Origin: Clostridiales bacterium
Lineage (GTDB): Bacteria > Bacillota > Clostridia > Christensenellales > Aristaeellaceae
Direction: 5' to 3'
DNA: 32,000 nucleotides
Assembly (NCBI GenBank): GCA_004556155.1
Contig: SFIM01000017.1
Coordinates: forward strand, 14,489-46,488
Part shown: positions 16,198 to 24,500 of the stretch, one piece after another
How positions within the stretch are numbered: the first letter of the stretch is position 1
How the letters are laid out: every line of letters starts with the position of its first letter
The notes under the pieces: generated by a model
Database searches by the model: none
What the model saw: only the letters and a program-made list of their open reading frames with translations
What the model was told of the DNA's origin: nothing
Position numbers and translations under genes: made by a program

Positions 16198-16912
16198 TGC
16201 GCGCCTCCTTTCTGGGGCAAAGCAGCGCCGCGGCGGCCGAAACAGCGATCGTCAGCACGATGGTACGTGTGCCCTCGGATAACGTTTTCAGCCCGGGTAG
16301 GCGCGAGAAGGCAAGGCTGAGCGCAAAGCAGGTGGGCACCAGCACGCGCACCACGCGATCCTTGCGCGCCTGGGGGATGATGATGGCCAGGAACATGGCG
16401 TACAGCGCCACGCTCAGCGCGCTTACAAGCGCCGCAGGCAGCACGCTGCCGGCCAGCACGCCCAGCGCCGTACCCAGCGCCCACATGGGCATGGCCATGA
16501 TCATCGCGCCATAATAATAGGGCGGCTCCAACATGCCGGGACGGTTGATGGCCAGGCCGAACAGCTCGTCGGTAATATCAAAGCCGATAATCAGCCGATG
16601 GTAAATGGGCATATCGGGGCGCAGACGCTGGCTCAGCGCACAGCTCATCAGCAGATACCGGGCGTTGGCAATCAACGTTAGCAGCGCCATTTCCCACAGG
16701 GACGCGCGCGCGGCGATCACCGTCAGCGCGGCATACTCGCCCGCAGAGGCGTTATTGAGCAGGCTCAGCAGCGCGCTTTCCCATACGTTCATCCCAGCGT
16801 TTTTGCATACGATTCCCAGCGAAAAGCTGACCGCCAGATATCCAAGCCCCACGGGCACCGCGTCGCGCAGCCCGCTCAGAGCCAGCGCGCGCGTTTCACT
16901 TTTGCACGGCAT
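16190..16912 (-). CDS. azlC: Branched-chain amino acid exporter component AzlC
   Basis: AzlC-type N-terminus (...LSGLRDAVPVGLGYLAVSFSLGIV) and a multi-TM body. ATG 16912 is preferred because of AAGGAA at 16930-16925 and because it lies downstream of the predicted promoter. ATG 16945 is an alternative start. The track's TTG at 17002 lies upstream of that promoter. Confidence 0.8.
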   Translation of the reverse strand: MPCKSETRALALSGLRDAVPVGLGYLAVSFSLGIVCKNAGMNVWESALLSLLNNASAGEYAALTVIAARASLWEMALLTLIANARYLLMSCALSQRLRPDMPIYHRLIIGFDITDELFGLAINRPGMLEPPYYYGAMIMAMPMWALGTALGVLAGSVLPAALVSALSVALYAMFLAIIIPQARKDRVVRVLVPTCFALSLAFSRLPGLKTLSEGTRTIVLTIAVSAAAALLCPRKEARNA

Positions 16913-16958
16913 AGATACAGTTTCTTCCTTCGTTTTTGCCTGCATGACAGGCTGCCCT

Positions 16959-16987
16959 ATCCTATCAGGAATATGCCCGCGCGTCAA
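16959..16987 (-). promoter_or_regulatory. Candidate promoter of azlCD
   Basis: On the minus strand: TTGACG (16987-16982), 17 nt, TAGGAT (16964-16959), preceded by TGA (extended -10). Confidence 0.4.
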
Positions 16988-17047
16988 TGCGCAGGGCGGC
17001 AAAATAGCGACCGGACGGGGCAGGAAAAAAGCCGGAAATATGAATAT

Positions 17048-17075
17048 GCCCCGCCGAATGAGAATTCGGCGGGGC
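17048..17075 (-). terminator. Terminator hairpin after the FAD-oxidoreductase/ABC operon
   Basis: Perfect 12-bp stem GCCCCGCCGAAT (17048-17059) / ATTCGGCGGGGC (17064-17075) with a GAGA loop. It lies 18 nt after the binding-protein stop. The downstream U-tract on the minus strand is only moderate (ATATTCATATTTCC). Confidence 0.6.
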
Positions 17076-17092
17076 GGGTTGAAGCGTTGCTT

Positions 17093-18580
17093 TTACTTGG
17101 CTGCGTAGCCCAGGGCGACCAGCTGCTCGGCACAGATATCCAGATAACGCTGGAAGTCGTAGGTTTTGTACAGCTCATCGATGAACTGATCATACTCGGC
17201 TACCGGGCGCTCACCCTTAACAAAGGCAATCAGCTGCATGTTGACATAGTTTTCAAGGTCGGACAGGTAGAAATCCGCAGGGATTTCAACGGACTTGTTA
17301 TAGATGATGTAGCGGGGCGTGTTCAGACAATAGGCGACCACATCGGCGGCTTCGGGAAACTTGAGGGCCAGATAGGCGGCTTCCTCGCGACCCAGAATCT
17401 GATATTTGTAGGCGTACAGGGTTTCGGTCTTGCCGCGCTCGGTCATGGTGATGGAGTTATCCGCGTTGCGCTGCCAGTGATCGCCCTCCAGACCCACATA
17501 AACCATCATGGAGCCTTCGTCGGTGCACAGGTACTGCAGCACCTTGAAAATGGCTTCCAGCTTCTCCTCGGAGACGTTGGCGTTGATGACATACTTGTCG
17601 CGGGTGTTGCGATTGTAATCCAGAATGCCGTATACGCTTTCCGCGCCTTCGATTTCGCTGGCCATCGGGCCGCACCAGCCATATACCAGATCGGGATTGA
17701 TTTCATGCGCCTGGGTCAGGTAAGCGGCCTTGGAAATGTCAGACCACTTCATTACGGATACGCCGAAGTTGCCCGAGAGGGTATGAGCTTTGATTTCGCT
17801 CTTTGCACCCAGAATATCGGGATCTACCAGGCCGGCTTCAAAGAACTTGCGGATCATGGTCAGCGCGTCCTTCATGCCGGGCTGCAGCAGGGAACTGGTT
17901 ACTTTGTTATCGCGCACGATCACATAATTGCCCAGGCCGGCATCATAAGCATTGGCAATCGCGTCCAGCGCCTGCAGTCCATAGCCGGTGAAGCCGATGG
18001 TGTCCTTCTGACCGTTTTGATCCAGATCGGCCGCAGCGATTGCAGAGCAGAATTCAAACAGGCCTTCTACCGTGGTGGGAGCCTGCAGATTTAGCTTGTC
18101 CGCCCAATCCTGACGGAAATACATGGTGTAGTAGGCGTTATCCTGATAGTCGTTGGTGGGAATCATGTACATGCGATCGTTGTAGTACAGGTAGGGGGTG
18201 TCTACGCTGTCGCCGAACTTATCGAAGATGCACTTGAGACCGGTTTCCTTGTAGGGGGTCAGGTCCAGCAGCATATCCTGCGCAGCGTAGGTGCGCATGG
18301 TATCGGCATTGACGATGAACATATCGGGCGCATCGTCATTGGCTACCAGCAGGTTCAGAGTTTGGGCATAGTTGTCCAGCGGGGACATGACGAACCGAAC
18401 GCCTGTCTTTTCAAGAATTTGCTGCTGGATGAAATTCTCATCCTCGGATGCAGGCCAGCCGGTGGGCGTGCCGTTCATGGCGACGGTGATCTCGATGGGG
18501 GCCTCGGCAGCGGCGGATGCGGCCAGGCAGCACAGTGCCAGCACTGCGCACAGAATCAGGGAAAGTGTGCGTTTGAACAT
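17093..18580 (-). CDS. Large extracellular solute-binding protein of a carbohydrate ABC importer (LplA-like)
   Basis: 495 aa with signal peptide MFKRTLSLILCAVLALCCLAASAAA. Its size and sequence style match the family-1 binding proteins that pair with LplB/LplC permeases. ATG 18580 follows AAGGAGGAAA. Confidence 0.9.
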   Translation of the reverse strand: MFKRTLSLILCAVLALCCLAASAAAEAPIEITVAMNGTPTGWPASEDENFIQQQILEKTGVRFVMSPLDNYAQTLNLLVANDDAPDMFIVNADTMRTYAAQDMLLDLTPYKETGLKCIFDKFGDSVDTPYLYYNDRMYMIPTNDYQDNAYYTMYFRQDWADKLNLQAPTTVEGLFEFCSAIAAADLDQNGQKDTIGFTGYGLQALDAIANAYDAGLGNYVIVRDNKVTSSLLQPGMKDALTMIRKFFEAGLVDPDILGAKSEIKAHTLSGNFGVSVMKWSDISKAAYLTQAHEINPDLVYGWCGPMASEIEGAESVYGILDYNRNTRDKYVINANVSEEKLEAIFKVLQYLCTDEGSMMVYVGLEGDHWQRNADNSITMTERGKTETLYAYKYQILGREEAAYLALKFPEAADVVAYCLNTPRYIIYNKSVEIPADFYLSDLENYVNMQLIAFVKGERPVAEYDQFIDELYKTYDFQRYLDICAEQLVALGYAAK

Positions 18581-18630
18581 GGTGTTTCCTCCTTTTTTAT
18601 CATTAAAGCAATTCGTGCTTTAAGATTCCT

Positions 18631-19485
18631 TTAGCCCTTGACCGCGCCGGCCAGAGTGCCTTTAACAAAGTACTTTTGGATAAAGGGATATACGACGATG
18701 ATAGGCGCGGTGGCGTAGCAAACAGCAGCCATTTTGAGGGTTTCGGTCGGTACCAGCTCCTGATCGGCAGCGTTTCGGCTGGCGTCCAGCAGGCGGCGCA
18801 GAATCACCTGCAAGGGCTTTAGCTGATCTTTGGTGATGTAGTAGATGGACAAGAGATAGCAGTTCCAGTGATCTACCGCGTAGTACATGCCGATAGTCAG
18901 GATGATCGGCAGCGCCATGGGCAGGATCAGGTGCCAGAGAATGCGAAACTCATTGGCTCCATCGATGCGCGCAGCCTCGAATAATTCCTCCGGCAGTCCT
19001 TCAAAAAAGGCTTTCATGATTACCAGGTTATACGCGCTTACCAGCGTAGGCACGATCATGGCCCACAGGGTGTTGATCAGCCCGGTTTTGCGAACAATCA
19101 GGTATGTTGGCACAATCCCAGCGTCAAAGAGCATGCAGAACATGACGATTTTCATCATTGCCCCAGATAGCGGCATGCTGTGTCGGCTGAGGGGATAGGC
19201 CAGCATCAGGGTGACGACAAGGTTCAAGGCGGTGGCGATCACCGTCAGCTTGACCGTTACCCACATGGCGTGGCTCAGCGCGCCGTCAGCCAGCATTTCT
19301 ACATAGGCTACATTGGTGAATTTGCGGGGAATGAGCACGAAGCCGCCGTTTTTAAGCAGCTCGGAATACGGCGTTACGGAGGCGGAGATGACGAACAGCA
19401 CCGGGATCAGGCAGATCAGCCCCACCGTAAAGATGATGACGTATACCAGAATATTGAACAGCACATCGCCTTTTGACTTTACCAT
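18631..19485 (-). CDS. Carbohydrate ABC transporter permease (LplC/MalG-like)
   Basis: The start is reassigned to ATG 19485 (MVKSKGDVLFNILVYVIIFTV...), which follows GGGAG and overlaps the upstream stop (ATGGTAA). It has the EAA loop EAARIDGANEFRILWHLILPMALP. Confidence 0.9.
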   Translation of the reverse strand: MVKSKGDVLFNILVYVIIFTVGLICLIPVLFVISASVTPYSELLKNGGFVLIPRKFTNVAYVEMLADGALSHAMWVTVKLTVIATALNLVVTLMLAYPLSRHSMPLSGAMMKIVMFCMLFDAGIVPTYLIVRKTGLINTLWAMIVPTLVSAYNLVIMKAFFEGLPEELFEAARIDGANEFRILWHLILPMALPIILTIGMYYAVDHWNCYLLSIYYITKDQLKPLQVILRRLLDASRNAADQELVPTETLKMAAVCYATAPIIVVYPFIQKYFVKGTLAGAVKG

Positions 19486-20432
19486 ATTGCGCACTCCCAC
19501 TTTCTGGCCAGCCGGTTGGTGGCAAACACCAGCATGAAGCTGATCACGCTTTTCAGTAGACCCACAGCAGTGGACAGGCTGTAATTGAGTTTGCCAAGAC
19601 CCTCTGTGTAAATCCAAGTGTCGATAATCTCGCCGCTTTGGCGCACGCTGTCGTTCATCATCACGTTTACCTGGGTAAAACTGACGTTGAGGATTTTGCC
19701 TACGTTCATAATCATCAGCACCACGAATATTTTGCGAATGCCGGGCAGGGTCACGTGGATGATTTGGCGCAGGCGCCCGCAGCCGTCTACCGTGGCGGCC
19801 TCATACAGCGTAGTATCCACGCCCATGATGGCCGCGATGTAGGTGATGGCGCCCCAACCCAGGTTTTTCCACAGGTCTGAACCAATCAATACGCCGCGAA
19901 AGTATTTGTTGCTGGTAAGGAAGGGGATGGTTTTGCCGCCGAAGGACTTGATTAATCCATTGATTACGCCCGTGCTTTCAGATAGCATGGTCAGGCAGAT
20001 ACCGTATACTACCGCCCAGGAGAGAAAATGCGGCAGGTAACTGACCGTCTGGATGGCGCGTGCCACATATTTATTGCGGCATTCGCTGATGGCCAGGGCG
20101 AAAATCAGCGGCGGTAGTAGCCCCACCACCAGCTTACCCAGGGACAGTGTGATGGTGTTGGTGATGATGCGCACATTGGAGGGGCTACGGAAAAAGTATT
20201 TGTAATGTTGATACCACGGCTGCGCCCAGGGGCTGCCCCAAATCCCTTTTTTGATAGTGAAGTTTTTGAATGCGATTACTGCGCCGAAAATGGGCACGAT
20301 TTTGTAGATGATAAAGTACAGCATGCCGGGGATAGCCATCAGATATAGCGGCCAGTACCGGCGCAGCGCGCGCAGTATGCGGTCGCGCAGCGAGCCGCGG
20401 AGGGCGGGGGAAACGGTAGAGACGTGCATCAT
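19479..20432 (-). CDS. Carbohydrate ABC transporter permease (LplB/MalF-like)
   Basis: 317 aa with the EAA loop EAATVDGCGRLRQIIHVTLPGI. ATG 20432 follows GAAGGAGG and overlaps the oxidoreductase stop (ATGA). Confidence 0.9.
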   Translation of the reverse strand: MMHVSTVSPALRGSLRDRILRALRRYWPLYLMAIPGMLYFIIYKIVPIFGAVIAFKNFTIKKGIWGSPWAQPWYQHYKYFFRSPSNVRIITNTITLSLGKLVVGLLPPLIFALAISECRNKYVARAIQTVSYLPHFLSWAVVYGICLTMLSESTGVINGLIKSFGGKTIPFLTSNKYFRGVLIGSDLWKNLGWGAITYIAAIMGVDTTLYEAATVDGCGRLRQIIHVTLPGIRKIFVVLMIMNVGKILNVSFTQVNVMMNDSVRQSGEIIDTWIYTEGLGKLNYSLSTAVGLLKSVISFMLVFATNRLARKWECAIW

Positions 20433-22324
20433 GCCTGGCCTCCTTCGCTGCCGTATACGCGCACCTCATAGATGCGTGCGGCGGGGAGTCCATTGGTGGC
20501 TCGGATTTCGATGCGCACGGCGTCGCAGACGACGTTGTCAAAATCAATGCGATTGAGACGCTGGCAGTTTTCGCGCACCGCCCTGCGGGCAACCTCCTGA
20601 CCGTCTCTGAGCAGCACAACGTCATAATCCCGCAGCAGTTCGGGCGGCACGCCGGGCAGCTGCTCCGCCTGACGCTTGGGGGACATGGTGATTTTCAGAG
20701 GCCGGGAAAGGTTGGTGTCCAGCGTCAATTGCACCTGGGCGACGGCATGTGCCTGCGGCAGCGTGAGCATCACGCTGGGCAGCCCCTCGGAAAGCGGAGC
20801 CGATTGCCACACGTTGGAGTGGCCATCCACCATGCGGGTAACGCCGCTGAGCAGGTTGATTGCCTCGCAGCCGGGCGTTTCGCTGCTGGCGGATACCTGT
20901 GCGCCGTGAGCCAGGTCGTTGGGATCCTCATTGCCAAAGCCGGGCAGGTAGCAATCGTCCCGCAAAAGCTGCTGCTGCACCTCGCGGATATACTGCGAAG
21001 GCAGATCGCTCAGCTCACATCCATGCTGCAGAGCGATGGCTGCTGCCGTGCCCATGGCCTGGCCGCCCACCGCGCAGGTGGCAATGACGCGTGCCGAGGA
21101 CATGGCCAGCTTGCTTGCGCCCAATGCGCGGCCCCCGGCCAGTAGATTGGGCACGTTACGCGAGATAAAGGAGCGAAGGGGGATGGTGTAGCAGCCGGGG
21201 AAGGCGTACATGAAGCTGGGGGGATTATCAAAATTGAACAGCCCGCCTACATGCACGTCCATGGGCCAGCCACCATAGGCGACGGCGTCGTCAAACACGC
21301 GGTTGCTGAGCACATCGTTTTCATTGAGCATGTATAGCGCCTGCATGCGGCGGCTTTCGCGCATGCCGGGCAGCATGCCCACCCAGGCCAGCTCATAATT
21401 GTCCGCGCCGTGATCGCCCTCGTTTTTGATGTGATTCCAGATGCCGTATACGCACTTGAGCACTTCGTCGCGGATGTCCTCGTATTCCGAGATGATATCC
21501 TCCTGGTGGCCGGGTACCTCGATCCACCAGTAGCCATACTCCAGGCAGTATTTCTCAATGGCCTTGTCACCCGCTACCTGGTGCGTTTCATCCAGCAGAG
21601 CGCTGCCTGTTTCATGCTGATCTACACTGTACAGTGAGCCTACGTTGCCGTGATGGCGGAAGCGCAGCTGATCTTCGGTGAAGTGATATACCTCGATGGG
21701 CGGCGTAAAGGGCACGGGATGATCGCGGCGCACAGCTTTGAAAAACAGCGTGTTGCCCATGCGCTGGTTATCGGCCTGATCCTGGGCGTGGGGTTCGTTG
21801 TAGGTAGCCTTATCCTCGCGGCCGGTGGTGTAATCAGCCCCGGACATAAAGCCCAACGTCAGGTTGCCGGTGCAGTCAATGAAGATGCGGCCGGTGATGT
21901 GCCAGTGAATTTCAGTGGTGCCTTGATAACAGGTGATGCCGGTGATGCGCCCATCCTGCATGTCGCAGTCGTACATATCAGTATTCAAATAAACAGTCAG
22001 GTTCTTTTCCTGGCGCACACTGTTGTACAGCACGGCGTCCCAGACGGAAAAATTATAGTCTGGGTTTACGCGCTTGTTTTCCAGCAGGATTTCCTGAAAA
22101 ATGCCGGTTTCTTCCAGATCGGGTTTGATATGATTGGCAGTTGCGCCGCATGCGCCTACGCGGATCTCGCTGCTGGCATTGCCGCCAAGCACAGGACGGG
22201 CGTGTATCAGTGCGGTTTTAACGCCCAGGCGCGCGCAAGCTTTAGCGGCGCAGATGCCTGTCATGCCGCCTCCGACAACCACCACGTCAAAATCCGCCGA
22301 TTGATTTTTAGAACGTATCGACAT
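20429..22324 (-). CDS. Cytoplasmic FAD-dependent oxidoreductase (FAD_oxidored/PF12831-like) with a C-terminal galactose-binding-like (F5/8 type C-like) domain
   Basis: 631 aa with no signal peptide. It has the dinucleotide fold FDVVVVGGGMTGICAA and the motif RPVLGGNASSE. The last ~147 residues (20432-20872) end in ...VRIEIRATNGLPAARIYEVRVYG, the hallmark ending of discoidin-type domains. ATG 22324 lies 6 nt after GAGGTG. Confidence 0.85.
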   Translation of the reverse strand: MSIRSKNQSADFDVVVVGGGMTGICAAKACARLGVKTALIHARPVLGGNASSEIRVGACGATANHIKPDLEETGIFQEILLENKRVNPDYNFSVWDAVLYNSVRQEKNLTVYLNTDMYDCDMQDGRITGITCYQGTTEIHWHITGRIFIDCTGNLTLGFMSGADYTTGREDKATYNEPHAQDQADNQRMGNTLFFKAVRRDHPVPFTPPIEVYHFTEDQLRFRHHGNVGSLYSVDQHETGSALLDETHQVAGDKAIEKYCLEYGYWWIEVPGHQEDIISEYEDIRDEVLKCVYGIWNHIKNEGDHGADNYELAWVGMLPGMRESRRMQALYMLNENDVLSNRVFDDAVAYGGWPMDVHVGGLFNFDNPPSFMYAFPGCYTIPLRSFISRNVPNLLAGGRALGASKLAMSSARVIATCAVGGQAMGTAAAIALQHGCELSDLPSQYIREVQQQLLRDDCYLPGFGNEDPNDLAHGAQVSASSETPGCEAINLLSGVTRMVDGHSNVWQSAPLSEGLPSVMLTLPQAHAVAQVQLTLDTNLSRPLKITMSPKRQAEQLPGVPPELLRDYDVVLLRDGQEVARRAVRENCQRLNRIDFDNVVCDAVRIEIRATNGLPAARIYEVRVYGSEGGQA

Positions 22325-22371
22325 AACTTACACCTCATAAGATATCAATTGCGATGCTGATTACGGAATAT

Positions 22372-22400
22372 AAGATACAATTGTTTTGTAAATATGTCAA
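22372..22400 (-). promoter_or_regulatory. Candidate promoter of the FAD-oxidoreductase/ABC operon
   Basis: On the minus strand: TTGACA (22400-22395), 17 nt, TATCTT (22377-22372). The perfect palindrome ACAATTGT (22377-22384) overlaps the -10/spacer. Confidence 0.45.
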
Positions 22401-22480
22401 TAGAAATGCAACATAAATAATGCATGTATCTAAAAATATTTGTTAATGATTTGTATGTATTTAAAATTGAATACTAAATA

Positions 22481-22509
22481 TTGACAGCTATATAAAAGTC
22501 TGATACAAT
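22481..22509 (+). promoter_or_regulatory. Near-consensus promoter of the GntR-family regulator gene
   Basis: TTGACA (22481-22486), 17 nt, TACAAT (22504-22509), with TGA immediately upstream (extended -10). The track's ATG at 22508 lies inside the -10 box. Confidence 0.6.
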
Positions 22510-22543
22510 GACTGCATTCCATCAAGCAAAAGGAGAGAATCCC

Positions 22544-23266
22544 TTGGCTAAACGATATCAGGAGATTGTGGACTATATAAAAGAAAAGATTGATTCTACA
22601 GCTTGGCCTGTGGGGTATAAACTGCCGCGGGAGGTGGATCTGTGCACGGAGTTTGACGTGAGCCGCACCACCATTCGCCGGGCGCTGTCTGTGCTGGTGG
22701 CGGATGGACATCTACAGCGCGTTAAGGGCACGGGCACCTTCGTTACCCAGCCCAAGATCATCGAGAACACATCCATTTTTATTGAGAGCTTTGCCGAAGA
22801 GCTGCGCGAGCGCGGGCTGAGCGTGGTGACAGAGGTGCTTGAATTTCGTCCTATCGCGGCGGAAGGTTCTGTTGCCACACATTTGCAGGTTGCGCCGGGA
22901 GAGCAAGTGGTCAAGCTGTGCCGCTTACGTTATGCCGGCGGAAACTTTGATAAAGGCCCGATTGTGTTGACCACGTCCTATTTTCCCAATGATGTGGGCA
23001 AGATCATGATGCGTTATGATATGGAAAAGAATTCTGTGCGCCACCTGTGCCAGATGAACGGCATCATTCGCGCGCGCACGCAAAAGCGCCTGACAGCCGT
23101 GCAGCTGCCTGCGCGAGAGCGGCGGCTGCTGGGCGCGCAGGATAACGATTTGTTTATCTCTATTACCTCCGAAATCCGCGATATCAACGCTCGCTGCGTG
23201 GAGTATGTGGAAAGCTATTATCCTGTGGATCGTAATGAGTTCACCATTAGCACTCTATCGCATTGA
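22544..23266 (+). CDS. GntR-family transcriptional regulator, HutC subfamily (wHTH plus UTRA effector domain)
   Basis: The start is reassigned to TTG 22544, 8 nt after AGGAGA (22531-22536). The N-terminus (M)AKRYQEIVDYIKEKIDSTAWPVGYKLPREVDLCTEFDVSRTTIRRALSVLVADGHLQRVKGTGTFV is a classic GntR wHTH. The ~160-residue C-terminal part has HutC/UTRA length and style. Confidence 0.85.
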   Translation: MAKRYQEIVDYIKEKIDSTAWPVGYKLPREVDLCTEFDVSRTTIRRALSVLVADGHLQRVKGTGTFVTQPKIIENTSIFIESFAEELRERGLSVVTEVLEFRPIAAEGSVATHLQVAPGEQVVKLCRLRYAGGNFDKGPIVLTTSYFPNDVGKIMMRYDMEKNSVRHLCQMNGIIRARTQKRLTAVQLPARERRLLGAQDNDLFISITSEIRDINARCVEYVESYYPVDRNEFTISTLSH

Positions 23267-23279
23267 CGCGGTTTCGTGC

Positions 23280-23315
23280 TTGTTTACAAGCGCTGCCTGT
23301 GATAAAATACAGGCA
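23280..23315 (+). promoter_or_regulatory. Candidate promoter of the radical-SAM operon, with an inverted repeat bracketing its -10 box
   Basis: TTGTTT (23280-23285), 17 nt, TAAAAT (23303-23308), preceded by TGA. A perfect 7-bp inverted repeat, TGCCTGT (23294-23300) / ACAGGCA (23309-23315), encloses the -10 exactly. Confidence 0.45.
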
Positions 23316-23361
23316 TGCCGGGCGAAGCGCCGTGCGCCGTCCGCAATGGGAGGAACAAAGG

Positions 23362-24489
23362 ATGAAGATTTCTAAACGCGACGCGCTGCTGTGGTTTCGC
23401 TTTTTTGCTCAGATGCCTGAGGACGAGCCGCTGATGCCCCATCAGCGGGAGCTGGCATATGCTGTGATTGCACAGATTGAAACGGCGGCCGAGGCGCGCT
23501 TTGACAGCCTGATGCGCGAGATTCCGCATTTGAAATCGCTAAACGGCCGTACCTACTATGTGGGCAGCGATGAAAAGTTTTCCAAGGGCTGCCGCTCCTG
23601 CCTGACCGGCACAGGGCTGAGTGCCGTGCGAAAAACCAATAAATGCAATATGCAGTGCCCGTTCTGCTATGATTACGGCATGCTGGACTGCCAGGAGCCC
23701 ATCGGCGAGGGCATGTGGGAGATTGGCGGCACCAAGTTCCGCGAAGACGATATGGAACTGCTGCTATCTATCCAGAAGAAGCCCACGGGTATCGCCTATG
23801 TGTATCTGGAACCGTTTATGGAAATTGAAAAGTACTACGGCGTGATCCGCACCTTCCATGCCGCGGGCGTGCATCAGCACATGTACACCAACGGAACCCT
23901 GGCTACGGAGGAGAATCTGCGCGCGCTGGGCGAGGCGGGACTGGATGAGCTGCGCTTCAATCTGGGCGCAAGCAACTGCGCCGACAAGGTGATCGAGGCC
24001 ATGGCTATCGCCCGTAAGTACATTCCCTTCGTCGGCATCGAAACGCCTATGACGCCGGCCTTTTATGAGGGATTCCAGCGCAAAAAGGCGCAGATTTTCG
24101 CAGCTAAGTCTGACTTTATCAACTGCGCTGAGCTGCATCTGAACGATAACAATCTGCAAAATTACGCCGGGGAAAACCTGTATATGTCCCGTCACGGCTA
24201 TGTTTCGCCCATTTGGAGCCGCGAATTGACGCTGAAGCTGATGCGGCAGGCAGATGAGGAAAACTGGGATATGCTGGTGCATGATTGCAGCAATCGCACC
24301 AAGTTTGCCCGTGATTTAAACCTGCGTGCCCATGAGGGCGGCTGGTTTGGCAGCAGCACCTATGGCTGCGAGTTTGAGCGCATTCCTTACGCCGCCTTCC
24401 TGCCCGTGCTGGAGGACGAGAGCTTCCGCTTCCTGGAGGAGGATGAAAAGCTGCCCTATGGCTATAATCCTGGGGATATTGTGCTGTAA
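23362..24489 (+). CDS. Radical SAM enzyme of unassigned function
   Basis: The start is reassigned to ATG 23362 (MKISKRDALLWF...), which follows GGGAGGAA. The CX3CX2C cluster CNMQCPFC is at 23644-23667, preceded by KGCRSC (CxxC). Downstream segments (IAYVYLEPFMEIE, HMYTNGTLATEENLRALGEAGLDELRFNLGA) are typical of the radical SAM half-barrel. Confidence 0.85.
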   Translation: MKISKRDALLWFRFFAQMPEDEPLMPHQRELAYAVIAQIETAAEARFDSLMREIPHLKSLNGRTYYVGSDEKFSKGCRSCLTGTGLSAVRKTNKCNMQCPFCYDYGMLDCQEPIGEGMWEIGGTKFREDDMELLLSIQKKPTGIAYVYLEPFMEIEKYYGVIRTFHAAGVHQHMYTNGTLATEENLRALGEAGLDELRFNLGASNCADKVIEAMAIARKYIPFVGIETPMTPAFYEGFQRKKAQIFAAKSDFINCAELHLNDNNLQNYAGENLYMSRHGYVSPIWSRELTLKLMRQADEENWDMLVHDCSNRTKFARDLNLRAHEGGWFGSSTYGCEFERIPYAAFLPVLEDESFRFLEEDEKLPYGYNPGDIVL

Positions 24490-24500
24490 GGGGGCCATGC

